Positions 12,726-27,785 are shown, numbered from the whole stretch's first letter. The stretch is DNA of 63,714 bases, filler included, from Reticulomyxa filosa (GCA_000512085.1; 25 parts of 25 records of this genome joined end to end with filler, not necessarily neighbours in it), one strand, 5' to 3'. Program-made: numbers and translations. Notes: generated from the sequence alone by a model not told the origin.

Positions 12726-13129
12726 TTACAAAAATTGCCTACGTATGGCATTTCTAACAACAATATCTCGGACCGAATTGAAAATGCGTTCGACATTTTG
12801 AGGGTCGGTGGCACAAGAGATATGCGCATAAACAATTTTGTTTTTGTCATTTTTTTGTTCGATGAATTTGTTTTGGACGAATTGGACGCCTTGTTGGAAA
12901 TCTTTTTCGGGGCCGAGGTAGTCGGGGAAGTAATCTTTCAGATTGTGTTTTTGAATGCGTTGAGCGAACAAGTCGGACTTGTTCAAAAACAATATCACAT
13001 GAGCACGTTCTAATCCCTCCATATTTACTATGCCTTTAAACAATGCCAAGGATTCTATCAATCGATTTATTCGTGCATCTTCCCACAGCGTTTGATTGAA
13101 TGACGACAATGCCGCCACATACATTATCG
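12726..13129 (-). CDS. Heterotrimeric G-protein alpha subunit, last exon
   Basis: WEDARINRLIESL, ILFLNKSDLF (G4 NKxD), HISCATD (G5) and IFNSVRDIV; AG acceptor at about 13130. Confidence 0.95.
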
Positions 13130-13676
13130 CTTTATTTTATTGTATTTTTTGTATACATATATGTATATATATATATTTTTTTTTTTTTGATCATTAAGTT
13201 ATTTGATTGATTGATTCCTTTCCTCCCCTTTTGCTCCCACCCCTTTTTTTTTTTTTTTNNNNNNNNNNNNNNNNNNNNNNNNNNNNNNNNNNNNNNNNNN
13301 NNTTAATTAATTAANNNNNNNNNNNNNNNNNNNNNNNNNNNNNNNNNNNNNNNNNNNNTTATTGAAATAAAAATAGTTGAATGGAAAGTAATTTGATTTG
13401 TTTCTTTTAATAAAGCAAAAAATTTGTGCATGTTTTGTCTTAAGTGCAAGAAATACAAAACTTTTAAGATCCCAAATTTATTGCAAACAACCTTCCAAAT
13501 TTGAAGTCCATAATTGATGACAAATCTTAGCAGAAAATTGTGCAATTTGTCTTATTTGAGTGTGTTGGAGTTTTCGAGGCAGTGCCACGCTTCAATTCTG
13601 GTAAACAGTCATACTTTGACATTGTCTTCGTTTGTTCGGTGGGCGACTTGCTATGTGGCGATGAAGGTCCCTCTTC

Positions 13677-14371
13677 TTATTTCGTTTGTGTCTGTCCCGA
13701 AGAAGAGCCAATTCCCGCTCCTGATTGCTCTAGTCTCGTGTCTTCATGCACGCGAACATTCGTCCAGTCTTTGCTTAGGTTCACTCCGAGTTTTCTTTCT
13801 GTGATCATTGCACTTTCATTTCAATTTCTTTTTTTTTTTAAAAAATTTAATTATAATTATAATTATACCTGCTGCGGTTTTAATGTGCTCACTTTTGCAT
13901 GCTTTCCCTCGTGGCTGAGTGATAGCATAAGGATTTGCATCATTCGTTATGTCTTCACTGGCATTCGCAGAGGATGGGTTGTCCTAGACAATCAAGTTTT
14001 TCATGCGATTGTGTTCTTCCTCGCTCATTTCATCTTCATTCGATTCACTCAAGGCATCATCTTCTTTTTCTATTTTTTTTTAATAATTAAAAAAATAATA
14101 GCATTTGTCTCTTTTTATTCGTCGTTATATTCCATGTCATGTTAATGCAAGCTCATATACATATATATTGAAAAAAAACAAACATAACAAGTAAGGTCGC
14201 GTGTTTAACTCGATTGCTTTCAAATAATTGAAAAGGGTCGTCTTGATGATTGTCAGTCGCTGGCTTCTCTTGTTTTTTCACATTCGTTGGATTTTGTTTA
14301 GATGTTTTGTCATCTTTTTTTTCATCAGTTGAAAACAGTCCAAAGAAATCTTCATATTCGACTGTTGTCAT
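13677..14371 (-). CDS. Small hypothetical hydrophilic protein, about 3 exons
   Basis: ATG at 14371 (MTTVEYEDFFGLF...) followed by exon-like segments between poly-A introns; no family recognised. Confidence 0.35.
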
Positions 14372-14632
14372 TGTTTATATTTATTTTTTTTTATAGCTAA
14401 TATCATTTGTATTTTTTTATCGAAACACAAGCTTTCATTACAAAATCAAAGTTCATCGTTTGTGTTTATCCTTTTTTTTTTATGCTTTACTCCCCCCTTT
14501 TTTTTTAGAAACACCAAAAAAAAAAAAAAAAANNNNNNNNNNNNNNNNNNNNNNNNNNNNNNNNNNNNNNNNNNNNTTAATTAATTAANNNNNNNNNNNN
14601 NNNNNNNNNNNNNNNNNNNNNNNNNNNNNNNN

Positions 14633-15812
14633 TCAAAATTGATGAGTTAAATCGTAAATTAAATGAAGATATTATCGAAATCGATCAATTGAAGATACAA
14701 ATACAAAACAAACATAATGAAATTAATGTATTAAACCAAAATATTCAATTGAAAGATAAACAAATTATTGATAAAGATAAGTTAATTCAACAGATGGAAA
14801 GAGATTTCAATGACAAACAAAAAAAATTACAATATCAATATGAGCAATCCATTAAATTATTAGAAGACAAAAATTTACAATTAACTCAAGATTTTCAAAT
14901 ATTATCAAAAAAACCAATTGATCAAGGTAAAGAAGAAAAAGACGAACAAAAACAATCAAAAAATCAAGATGGTTCTTCATCTATTATGTCATCAGGAACA
15001 ACTCATACACCTAATTTTGATAGCTTTCGCTCATCATCCAAATTACTCAATACATTCACCGGGCATACTAGCAATGTGTATAGTATTGATTATTCAACAT
15101 TTGATGATGGACAATTCATTTGTTCTGGATCAACTGATAACACAGTTCGTGTATGGGATGTTGATAACAACAAACAAATTCAATCATTCAATAAACATTC
15201 AAGTTGTGTGTATTGTGTGAAATTTTCACAATATCATTATCACGATAATAAGCATCGTCATGTCATTTGCTCTTCATCACTTGACAAAACCATTCGTTTT
15301 TGGGATTTCAAACATAATAAACAATTGCAAGTATTCAATGAACATAGTGATCGTGTTTGTGGTATTGAATTTTCATCATTTAATGGTGGTAGATATTTAT
15401 GTTCTGGATCTGGTGACAAAACAATGCGTTTATGGGATGTTGAAACATCAAAATCATTACATGTTTTCAATGGACATGAAAGTGATGTTTGGTGTGTTGA
15501 TATTTCACCATTACAAAGCAATAATAACAATGATAATAATAATAAAATGAATAATATTGGTGTGATTGGTGGAAATGGATATACAATTTGTTCTGGATCA
15601 TGGGATACAACAATTCGAATATGGGATATTGAAACAACCAAACAATTAATTTTATTCAAAAGACATACAGATGATGTGAGGAGTGTAAAATATGGATCAA
15701 ATGAATTATTGAATACAATATTATCTGGATCAGATGATAGAAGTGTTCGTTTGTGGGATATTCGATCTGGTAAACAAATTCAAGTATTCGATGGACATAC
15801 AAGTTGGGTATA
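14633..15812 (+). CDS. Coiled-coil + WD40-repeat protein (expanded family, partial)
   Basis: Repeated GH...CSGS.D.T(V/I)R(V/L/I)WD units after an N-terminal coiled coil. Confidence 0.96.
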
Positions 15813-15999
15813 NNNNNNNNNNNNNNNNNNNNNNNNNNNNNNNNNNNNNNNNNNNNTTAATTAATTAANNNNNNNNNNNNNNNNNNNNNNNNNNNNNNNN
15901 NNNNNNNNNNNNATCAATGTGTATTGTACTTACTAAAAAAAAATTTTTTTTTTATATATAAATAAAAAATTAAATCTCCAATCATCAAAAAAAAAAAGT

Positions 16000-17095
16000 G
16001 AGAATATTGACAATCTTAAGAACGCACAATTGCCCACGTCAATTCGCTATGGCTGGGGATCGATCAATCAAACATTTAACGGCGCATATCGACTCGATCC
16101 TTCCTATTCCAATGTCTTCCGCGTATACAAAGCATACGAACCCTACGCGGAATATCGCAAAAAATTCGACTTGAACAACATCAAAAGGCAATTGCGACAC
16201 GTAGTAACCGAACTCGCCATTGAATGGGCGGATGAACGTGCGTTGCTTTGGGCTACTCGTCCTCACTTGCATTGGAATGACACCAACGAATACCTGGGCG
16301 CAAGACTCGCGCATTCCTTGCTCATAGGCCGACCTTTTGTCATGGTGTTCACCGGCAGCAGCAACACTGCCGGCCATGACAATATGTTCGCTTCGACATA
16401 TCCTGTGCAATTGCAAAGTCGACTGAGCCATCTGTGGACCCAGATCGGTGCGAATGGGGCCGCCTTCACTGTTCGCAATGTCGCCGTAGGGGGACTACGC
16501 ATACCTCCAATTCCGTCTGGTACCACATGCCAATGGCATCTACTAACTATTACAATTGGAATAGCAATAAAAAAACTGTCAAAGACACCATCGATGTATT
16601 TGCATGGGAGTCAATGATGAACGACGGTGGTCGACCCCCTCCGGAATTTTTGGAAACTCATTTGAGAGATGGAGCTGCACTTAATGTGATTATATATATA
16701 TATATATGTATACATATATATGTGCTCGTTAACTTGTTTTTATATTAATTTTTTTAAAAAAAAAAAAAAAGTGTTGATTGGATGCTTGATTAGGCCATTT
16801 GGGCAATGATTGACACGGAACGCCCTTGTGATGAACGATCTGCAAATGATAAGAATGCTGTCAATGAGGTATATTCGAGCGACCTTTTCAACCATTATGG
16901 ACCCTTTATGGGACTCATCAAGTGGTCGTTTTACGTTGGACAGCTACCCTTTTGCGATAAGCCTCAGTTCAAACATTTGAAACAAAATTGGCATCCTTCT
17001 CCTCGAGGGCATCGCATGAATTCTGCTATGATCGCTTACGCTCTTGTTCAATCCGCCTTGCAATTTATTGAAAAATATGAACGCAAAATTTCTGG
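16000..17095 (+). CDS. SGNH/GDSL-like hydrolase (partial; probable G-homopolymer frameshift near 16490)
   Basis: Block I FTGSSNTAGH, block II RNVAVGG, block III WESMMND, block V WHPSPRGH. Adding one G to the G5 run joins ORFs 16030 and 16434. Confidence 0.75.
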
Positions 17096-17256
17096 TATTT
17101 TCGTCGGGGTTTAATTCACTAGCAAGAGGAGGAGAGGGGAGAGAGAGAGAGAGAGANNNNNNNNNNNNNNNNNNNNNNNNNNNNNNNNNNNNNNNNNNNN
17201 TTAATTAATTAANNNNNNNNNNNNNNNNNNNNNNNNNNNNNNNNNNNNNNNNNNNN

Positions 17257-17296
<40 letters not shown>

Positions 17297-17372
17297 AAGT
17301 TTTATTGGCGTTCACACAATTTTGTGTGTGTCGGATGTAAGTCCTCATTCTTTTTACAAGTCCTGGAGATTA

Positions 17373-17835
17373 TTACAAAACATATTGGTGTACATACGAT
17401 GGCAGATTGCAAACCCTTATGGTTGTCAGCGAATCCTTATGACTCCAAATTACTCGAACTCGGATAGTTGAACTGGCAAACGTTGTCTGATCCTTTCCTA
17501 TACTTGTTGATTTTTTTTTTTTTTTTTTTTGCTTTGGTCTTTCCTTTTTGTCTTTCAATTTCATAAAATATCAACCACATCATTTTTTTTTTTAAAAAAA
17601 TCTTGCATTGATTGCGCTTTTTTTGTTAACTTATGGCGGCCAAACGAGCGTTTCTTGGACAAGTAAAGTTAATCAGTGCTGTGGACTTAGATCCTTCGTC
17701 GTTGTTAACGTACACATTTTTAATTGTGCCAATCTTCCCAAAAACCTCCACAATGTCTTTGGTGTCACAATAAAGAGGTAAATTTCTCACTTCAATCCAG
17801 TGGCTCATTTCTTTTTCCCAGTTGGCCCAAATCAA
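17373..17835 (-). CDS. RRM-domain RNA-binding protein (partial or possibly truncated)
   Basis: IEVRNLP (RNP2)...VFGKIGTIKNVYV...TALINF (RNP1-like); a second RRM begins at IRVCNLP. Confidence 0.7.
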
Positions 17836-18231
17836 TACAGCTCACAACAAAAAAAACTAAAACAAAAGAAAAGAGTGTCGATTTTTGAGAAAACGAGAGT
17901 CTATTCAAATAATATTTGCTAGGGGAAACATATAAAACCACTCCCAACCCCAAGACAAGTTACAAAAAAGAATGAGCCATGTAATAGCATATAAAATTAT
18001 GTACACTTCGTTTGGTTAAAAGAATCACTATTTTAATATTTAATAATTATCATTACCATACTAAATATTTCTAATTTTTTACTGGTAATCTTCATCTGTA
18101 TTTTATTCTTAGACGGGAATGATGAAAGCCATTATAATAAAATGAACTGTTGTCCGTTTGAGCTTTAGTTTCAAACTTTCTTAACTATACCCTTTTTCAA
18201 AAAAAAGGTCATTTGACAAGATCAGGGTCAA

Positions 18232-21200
18232 ATGGCCAAGCACTTGACCGTAGAGCAGCAAGATAAAGATCGCAAACAAGTTCAGCGTGATCGAAAAATG
18301 GAAATAGAACGAGCTAATCTACTGAAAGAAGTCTATGACGCGCTGTCAGTTTTGCAGCTACACATAAAGCACTGGAAGTCGAAAAAAAGTAAAAAAGCGG
18401 ACCAAAGACTAATAATTCGTGAAGATTTTCAGCCTGCAGTGTATTTTTGCTATTGTTTAGAGCGAGTATTAATTTTTGGGTTTAAAAGTTTAAAAAAAAA
18501 AAAAAAAAAGAGGAATCAACTTTTTAAAAAAAAATTTAATGAACAAAGCAATAATAAAAAAAAGGAACCTTTTTTATGAAGAATACATTGTGGTCGTTTG
18601 TGCATCAATCTGCGACGAAACAAGTGAAAGAGATGAAGTATTCGAGCAGTGGAGCAAATGAAGATAAGATGAGAAATGAAATAGAGACATTGAATCAAGA
18701 TATACAATTGATAAATGCGATTGATGATTTGGACGACATTGGAAAAGGGAGAGCATTTCTTCGACAATCATTAAGAAGTAAGTTGCTGTTGCAATATCTA
18801 CAAATTCTGACCCTGGAGACGGACATCATCAAGTTGAATAGTAACTGTGTTTTTTTTTTTCGTATGTATAAAATTGACAAATATGGTCGATCAATGTTAT
18901 ATGTGTATTATATATACATATATGTATATATGTATATATAATTTGTTGTTGTTGTTGTTGTTGTTGTTATGATGATATGTGCAATAATAAAGATCATGTT
19001 ATGAAGACTACAGCATTTTGGCGCATGATAACAGCCGCAAAACACTCCTTGGACAGATCGAAGAACAAAACCACTTATTTGAGCAAGCCAACTTTGAGTT
19101 ATTGCTGAATGATCCGCGCTTGAACAATCGCGACATCATTGTAATCGATGAGTACAATATCCCACAGTTTCACGAACACTGTCCGATGAAACACGAACAC
19201 GCTATCGCAATGCAACGTGCTCAGCAGCTCCAAGATGGCCTGGATGACGTGGGCCCCCAAATGCACTCGCATCGCAATGTGTCACACAAGACAATTGCAA
19301 CACAGGCACAAATGGGGGCCAATCAAGATTTGTCCGTGCCAAAAGAGACCAATGACAATGATCACGACAATACCCACGACAATGATCACGACAATGACAA
19401 TGACAATGACAATGGCGATGATAACGATGAAAGTGACAGTAACAACAACAATAACAACGAACAAGAAAATGTGCAACCAATCAAAAAAGTGAAAAAAAAG
19501 ATCATCAAAAAAGTCAAAAAGAAGAAAGAAAAAAACATTGAAACCAATCAAGAAAAAGAAAAAGACAAAGTAAAGAAAAAAAAAAAGTAATTGTAAACGA
19601 AAAAAAAAAGCAGACAATGGAATCGTTTCAGAAACACATGGCGTGGATACACACGAAAGAGATGAAAACAATCCACATTTACAAAAAGAGAGAATAGAAG
19701 AAAAAATCGATTTCCCGAACGATGTCGCCACTAGCGCCGGTGATCAGGGAAACAAAGCGAATCAACATCTTGCATCGTATGTGTGATCTAATGAAAGAGA
19801 TAGAGAGAGAGCTTTTCTTGCAATTTTGTTTTCATTTGCAAACAAGGAATACAATTAAAGAATAATAATAATAATAAAAGTAAATGCAATCTTATATTTC
19901 TTTGTTTTATGACGGTAGAGAAGACACCAAATCCTTGCAAGCCAATCCACACAAAGACACGTCAGAAAGCATCTCGACACTGTTGCGTTTTTGTTAATTT
20001 GATTTATATATATATGTGTATATGCATATATATACATATGTATATAATATCCTTTTTTTTTTTTTTTTGGGATTGATTTGGACTTTGGAGAAAGAGAGCT
20101 ACTGTTGGTGGGTTGTGTTACAATAAATTCACATTGCAAATAGCCAAGCAAGCGCGGAGTGTCAACAGTCTTTGAGACCAGAAGAAAAGGCTGAGAATGG
20201 AACATCGAATTCTCAAGTCCTGCCCATTCAAAACCTGGCAACGACTGGGAAGAACGATCCTTCTCTTCAACCACATCATAGTAATGACCATCAAACAACA
20301 ACAAAAGCAGCGATTGGAAATGCGCCATTACTTCACGAAGTGTCCAACACAGTAACAACTTCTCCGAAAATGGCCCTCCAGCATCGTGACGAAAATGGTG
20401 GCCATAGCAGTTGCAGTAGCATGGAGGAGCACACCGCTGCTCGCGTACGGCAAAACGGAGCCACTCCGAATTTGGAGTTTGGAGGAGATGACCATACATA
20501 CTGTGCTTCTGGAGATGAAGCGTCGAAGCAAACGGAGTCGCGGTCGACGTGTAGCAAAACAGCAAATCTGGCGATTGAAAAAATAACATTGCATTCGCCG
20601 TTATCAAATAACGATTGCTCGAACAGTTTGAGCAGCGGATTGCATCATTCGTTACAGCAAAGAGAGCGCGAAATCGAAAGAGAAAAAAGAAAAAGAAAAA
20701 AAAAGAAAAAAGGAGGGATTGGAAAGCAAGGTAATGAATGACTTGAATAGCACAGATTCGTTATCAGTGTCACCTACAGCACATGTGAACGCGTCCCCTT
20801 TGGCAAGTCCAAATTTGAGTAAAAGTACGACAACGAGTACGACAACGAGTACGGCATTGTCGGATAGTGTCTCTGGACATTCGAAACGATCACTCCCTCC
20901 ACCACCAAAAGCGCCCGCTCCATCTCTACGATTGTCTCGCCAAAATAACATGTTTTCGATAAATGGACAAACACATTCGTCGTGTGAGCCAAGGAATGTC
21001 GAGTCACAAGGAATGGGACATAACAGATTCATGACACCGACGATCAATAGCGGCGAATCGGAGTACTGCAATTCCGATCTTGCGTCTCATGATAATAACT
21101 CTGATTTGCACTCCCATCCAAAGTCCAAGTCCACAAACTGGGTTTCAGGTACTTTGTTCTTGCATGCTTCATGTCAAAAAGTTGTTACGCTGTATCATAT

Positions 21201-22152
21201 GTAGTTATATGTATGTGTGTATGCTCTCTGCAGGCCTTGAGATTGCATATCGATTCAAGCCTCTGCCAACCAGAGATAATGATAAATTGCTGAGTATGCA
21301 GAATGGCAAATGTGCAACTTGTCGTGAACAGCTGACGTCCAATATGTTAGGACGACCCAAGTATCATTACTGTCGTTATACTGGAGCCTTGCATTGTGAT
21401 TCGTGTCATCAACTTGAAATGGCTGTCATTCCTCATCGCGTTCTTCAAGACTTGGATTGTCGACCTGCAAAAGTGTGCAAAGCTGCAAAACGATATTTAG
21501 ATCAAATGTTTGATATCCCTTGCATTTCCATCTCCATGTTTAATTCAGACGTAATCCAAAAAAATCGCATGTTAAAAGATTTGTCCATTTCGTTGAAACA
21601 ACTCGAGTATATGAGGTTAGAAGCACCATTTTTATATGCGTGTGTACGTATGCTTGATCATCTGTTTTAATCTATTTCCGTTTTGTATTTTCCTTAGTAC
21701 TGTTTTCGTCAATTGTGTCTTGTTTTGTTTTTTTGTTTTTATTTGCTTGTGGATGCGGGGTATAAAGCAAATATGTGGAAATATGCAGTAATCGAGAAAG
21801 GCTAGAACAGACTATTGGCGATTTAAAGCGCTTACTTACACTTCGTGGATTGCTGTCTTTACATGATATTGTCGAAGTATTGTTAAATGATTTGGGCCAG
21901 CGCATCTCAAAGCTTTGTGATATTGTGGGAAAACATATTATCGAATGTGGTAATTGCAAATCCAGTGCGCATCAATGCAGTATTTGCAAATCCACTGAAC
22001 TTTTATTTGAATTTCAAAAAACTACTTTTGTCTGCAAATGTGGTGAGATGTGTCATCATAAATGCTCTGAGTTACATCGTTCTCAATGCTCACGAACTAA
22101 AAAAAGATTGATGTTTAGTACCAATCCTCAATCTTTCTACAAGCCTGAGTAA
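18232..22152 (+). CDS. RUN domain + Rubicon-homology zinc-binding domain protein (PLEKHM1/Rubicon/DEF8-like), multi-exon
   Basis: RUN motifs CLERVLIFGFK and GKGRAFLRQSL...LLQYLQIL; C-terminal QNGKCATC...YCRYTGALHCDSCH...VIPHRVL...VCK and HIIECGNC...CSIC...CKC...HHKC. Confidence 0.85.
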
Positions 22153-22399
22153 TGTGATATTGTCGTGGTTTGAACTAAACACTCTGTGCGTGTAGTTTCG
22201 ACAGTGTTGTGATAAGTTGCGTCGGTTTTATTGTTTCAAACCTGTCAAAAGTTTTTCTAATAATTTATCGTTGAATTGTGGTATCCTTTCCAAAAAGGCA
22301 ATATCTTAAATAATTTTGTGCTATTCCTTTCAAAAAAATAAAATGAAGAAATATAAACTTTACAAACATTATCAAGCTTTTAATTTGCATTGACTAATA

Positions 22400-22670
22400 T
22401 TACATTAAGTCAGCGGAAGAAATTGCGAAAGATATAAATGATGTAATAGCTTACAAACATATAATGCTATACTTGACCTGTAATTGAAATGAAAAAATGT
22501 GGCAAAATTGCAAAAATATCTAAGATAATAAAATGTCAAAATTCAACCTGTTGATCCTGTTGTGGTAAAATATGATAAGTCATTAGATGCACACTATGCA
22601 CAATAACTTACTGCTCAAGAAAATATCAACTTGATGATTGTGAAGATAATCAAGAAAATTTTCGACTATT
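22400..22670 (+). pseudogene. Possible degenerate small-GTPase (Ran-like C-terminus) remnant
   Basis: PVDPVVVKYDKSLDAHYAQ*LTAQENI/LDDCED resembles the Ran acidic tail; contains a stop and a frameshift. Confidence 0.3.
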
Positions 22671-22831
22671 TCAAACAGATTGAAAACATTGACTAAATAA
22701 TTTCAAAAACACTACAGCAAAACAACAAATATTGTATCATATAAATAAATTTTCTCTTTGTTGTGAATCGCTAAGTCAATTAATATGTTTTATGCGCGCT
22801 ATGTCCTTTTGGATAAGGTAGACAAACTTAA

Positions 22832-24619
<1,788 letters not shown>

Positions 24620-24901
24620 TTCTTCTTTTTTTAACTCATAAACCAAGGGAGAAAAACTTGTTCCAACTTTCGCCATTTATCTGGTCTTCTCTTTTGATAC
24701 GAAACAATTTAAATTACAGAGTTATTGCACATTAAAAAAATCAGTCGTTTTGCTCAAATTGAGCAAAAAAAGCATCAATTAAAGATTTAAAAAACGAAAA
24801 TATATAAATTATCGTAGTTCTGCAGTTGTAATTTTGTATATTTGTGCAACAATAGCAAAAAAATATTGACCAATCTCGTCTTTAAGTGTAGTTTGCACGG
24901 C

Positions 24902-25250
24902 TTAGTCTTCTACAGTGTCGTTGTCATCAACATATGTATATTTTCTGTTCCATTTCTCTACCTCATCGGTAAGCCAGTGTTGTATGCTTTTAAAAGCGGA
25001 TGGGTAGCATGGACCATTCTTGGTATTTGATTGATTGTTTATAAATAAGTGATTGTCATCCAAATCTCGTATTACAAATTTATACGATCCGGAGTTGTGC
25101 AAGTGTAAAAGAAATTGCTTCAAAGCTGGGTCACTGTAAAACAAAAAAAAGGAATGATATCCCATTTTGATATAAACTACTGCAAACAAACCAAGTAACA
25201 AGGATTCCTTCAGTTGCTTTCAAATCTGATCCTTTGGTTTCTTGGGCCAT
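24902..25250 (-). CDS. GTF2H5: TFIIH subunit TFB5/p8, 2 exons
   Basis: Spliced translation MAQETKGSDLKATEGILVTC/DPALKQFLLHL...KFVIRDLDDNHLFI, with a GT..AG intron at about 25191-25134. Confidence 0.88.
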
Positions 25251-25614
25251 GTTGAATTACAAAAATTGTGCCGTGAATTTTTCTTTTGTTTTAACCCTTG
25301 CTAACGACTAGTAAGATTTCACACAAACATTGTTTATGCAGTAGAAGTATACTTGCAAAAAAATCTGTTGCCAAAGGGCAATGGCCGCAACGTGACCGAG
25401 GCAATTGAAATTTTTAATACACCTTCGAAAATATTTGCGGTCATTCTTTTGCTTTTAAGAAATCTTTTTGACGAGAAATAATGTTTAACCAAAAAAAAAA
25501 AGAACATCCACTAACGTGAATATCAGAAATGAAAAAAAAAAATAACATCTCTACAAACCGTAACATTTTTTAAGGAAAATAATCATAGGACATAATTATT
25601 AGACAACAAGTATC

Positions 25615-27019
25615 TTACACATATTGAAGACCTCTTTGAGACTCTCGGTAGTCGTATTCATATTGATTTTCTTGGGCTTTCTGGGACTGGCGTGGAGAGG
25701 TTGAGGCAACTTCAACCAGTCCACCTTTTGGGCTCTTTTTTGAACTTCGTCTTTTTTTCTTTTCTACACTCTCTTCCTCTTCTCTTCCTTCTTCTTCTTC
25801 GCTGATGTCATCATCACTGTGTCACACAATCCAAAACATACTCCAGGATTCCAACCATTCCGATTATTTCCTTTCTGACTCCATCAAAAGTCGGGGAGGA
25901 TGGCAAAAAAAAAACAGAAAACAGATAATAACAGGTCTTTGGCATTAAGTTTTCCATGCAGTTTGTACTGTACAGCGGCACCACTGATAAACAAGGTCAT
26001 CCATAATGCTAAGCACAAATAACAATGCCAATCACACTCTTGACTGAAGGAATTAGCACTTTTTTGAGATGTAAAAAATTGCAAGTAGTTCATGACACTA
26101 CTGTTCTGTCGCTTTTGCCAACGCTGCAATGAAAGGAATGTTCGTATTTGATCGGGATTTCATCCGTGGACATGGACACCAAATATTCGTATGCAGACAC
26201 AAGCAAACACAAAACACACAAACTCTTTCTTGTAAATTGGTCACATGACTGCAATCAAGCCAAAACAAGGATGGAGTTTATACCTCGATAAAATAATTGA
26301 CTCCTGACGAAAACATAAATGAGCCCACAAACGCAGTAACCCCTTTCAAAACAAATGCTACAAATTTGAAAGCAAGGAATCCACCAACCGCAGCTCCAAC
26401 AAGAATACAAATTAATTGCACAACCTCAGGATTTGGAATTACAAGGTACGCATTAAACACTTGGTATATCAATTGAGCCAATATCACTCCTCCGACTGCC
26501 CCCAAACTCAACACCGCTGCCTTATATACCACCACACACAAAATTCCCATCAACGCACCAAATGTCAATGACATGTACAGTCTCGTCGTGTCCTGAATAG
26601 TTGAACTATGGTTATTCGTTGTTTGTGGCTTTTTTTTTTTTTTAGTGTGCGTTTGAGATTAAAAAAAATTTTTTTTTTTGTTCGTTTACTGTTTCTTCTC
26701 CCCTTCTCTCTGTCTCTTAACTGAAACCAGTGCCATATGCTTTCAGTAACGTAATACGTCACTAACGCGCCAATGACGAATCCTTGTGACATATAGTATC
26801 ACAAACAAATCGCCACGTGTACGTTTACCACATATGGTAATTGGAGTAATACAAAAATATATGTATACGCATAATTTTGTTTGATTTTTTACCGACAAAA
26901 AAAATCACGTGTTTGAAGAATTTGCCTCCCCAATAACACACAAAAAAACCGGCCACCAACATGGTGAAGCCGATTATGTCCTCATTCATTTGCTCAGCCT
27001 TTTGAAAAACACTCGACAT
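25615..27019 (-). CDS. TMEM198/TM7SF3-like (DUF4203) multi-pass membrane protein, multi-exon
   Basis: GFFVCYWGGKFFK...GFVIG...GAVGG...TAFVGSFM...GVNYF; several Gly-rich hydrophobic helices. Confidence 0.75.
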
Positions 27020-27205
27020 TTTTCAACAATTTTTATCTTTAAAGTATTAACAACAAAATTTTTAATCTAAGATATTCACTGAAAAGGTTCTTTTTAATCT
27101 GAAGCATGCTGTTGAAGAAATAGAGTTAACGTATTGTTTTTGAGACTGTTTTCTTTTTTTTTGATGTAATCTCGAATTTTAAAGTATATGGAGAAGACTC
27201 AATTA

Positions 27206-27414
27206 TACAGTAGGTTGCAAAAAAAACTGAACACCTAAATGCCACCTTATGAAGATGATAGATTTTCTTAATGAAAAACAAACATTTAAAGCTAATTTTT
27301 TTAAAAAAAATCTACAAGCCTTGTAGTTTTTAAATATGATATTGATTTTGAATAACTTTTTTTTAGGTTAGAGAAAAATATCATTCTTTCAAATGATTTT
27401 TTAAAATTTTGCAA
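27206..27414 (+). mobile_element. Tc1/mariner-like terminal inverted repeat / MITE end
   Basis: TA|CAGTAGGTTGCAAAAAAAACTGAAC... is near-identical over about 70 nt to 63644-63714, with unrelated sequence upstream of the shared TATA; the contig ends about 200 nt later. Confidence 0.7.
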
Positions 27415-27514
27415 NNNNNNNNNNNNNNNNNNNNNNNNNNNNNNNNNNNNNNNNNNNNTTAATTAATTAANNNNNNNNNNNNNNNNNNNNNNNNNNNNNN
27501 NNNNNNNNNNNNNN

Positions 27515-27785
27515 CGAGCCAGGTCGCGATGTAGGTGTTGGACGGCACGATCACCTCGTCGCCGGCGCCGATGTCCCAGCCGCGCAGTGCCAGTTCCAGC
27601 GCTTCGAGACCGTTGCCCAGCCCGACGCAATGCTTCGCGCCGCAGAAGGCGGCGTACTCGTTCTCGAAAGCCTCGACTTCCTTGCCGAGCACGAACCAGC
27701 CGGACTCCATGACGCGTGCATAGGCGGCGTCGAGCTCGGGCTTGAGCTCGGTGTAGACCGACTTCATGTCGAGGAAGGGGATCAT
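27515..27785 (-). CDS. DegT/DnrJ/EryC1/StrS PLP aminotransferase (FdtB-like), bacterial, 3' truncated
   Basis: MIPFLD...VMESGWFVLGKEVEAFE..YAAFCG.KHCVGLGNGLEALELAL...GDEVIVPSNTYIATWL; ATGA overlap with the upstream gene. Confidence 0.95.
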
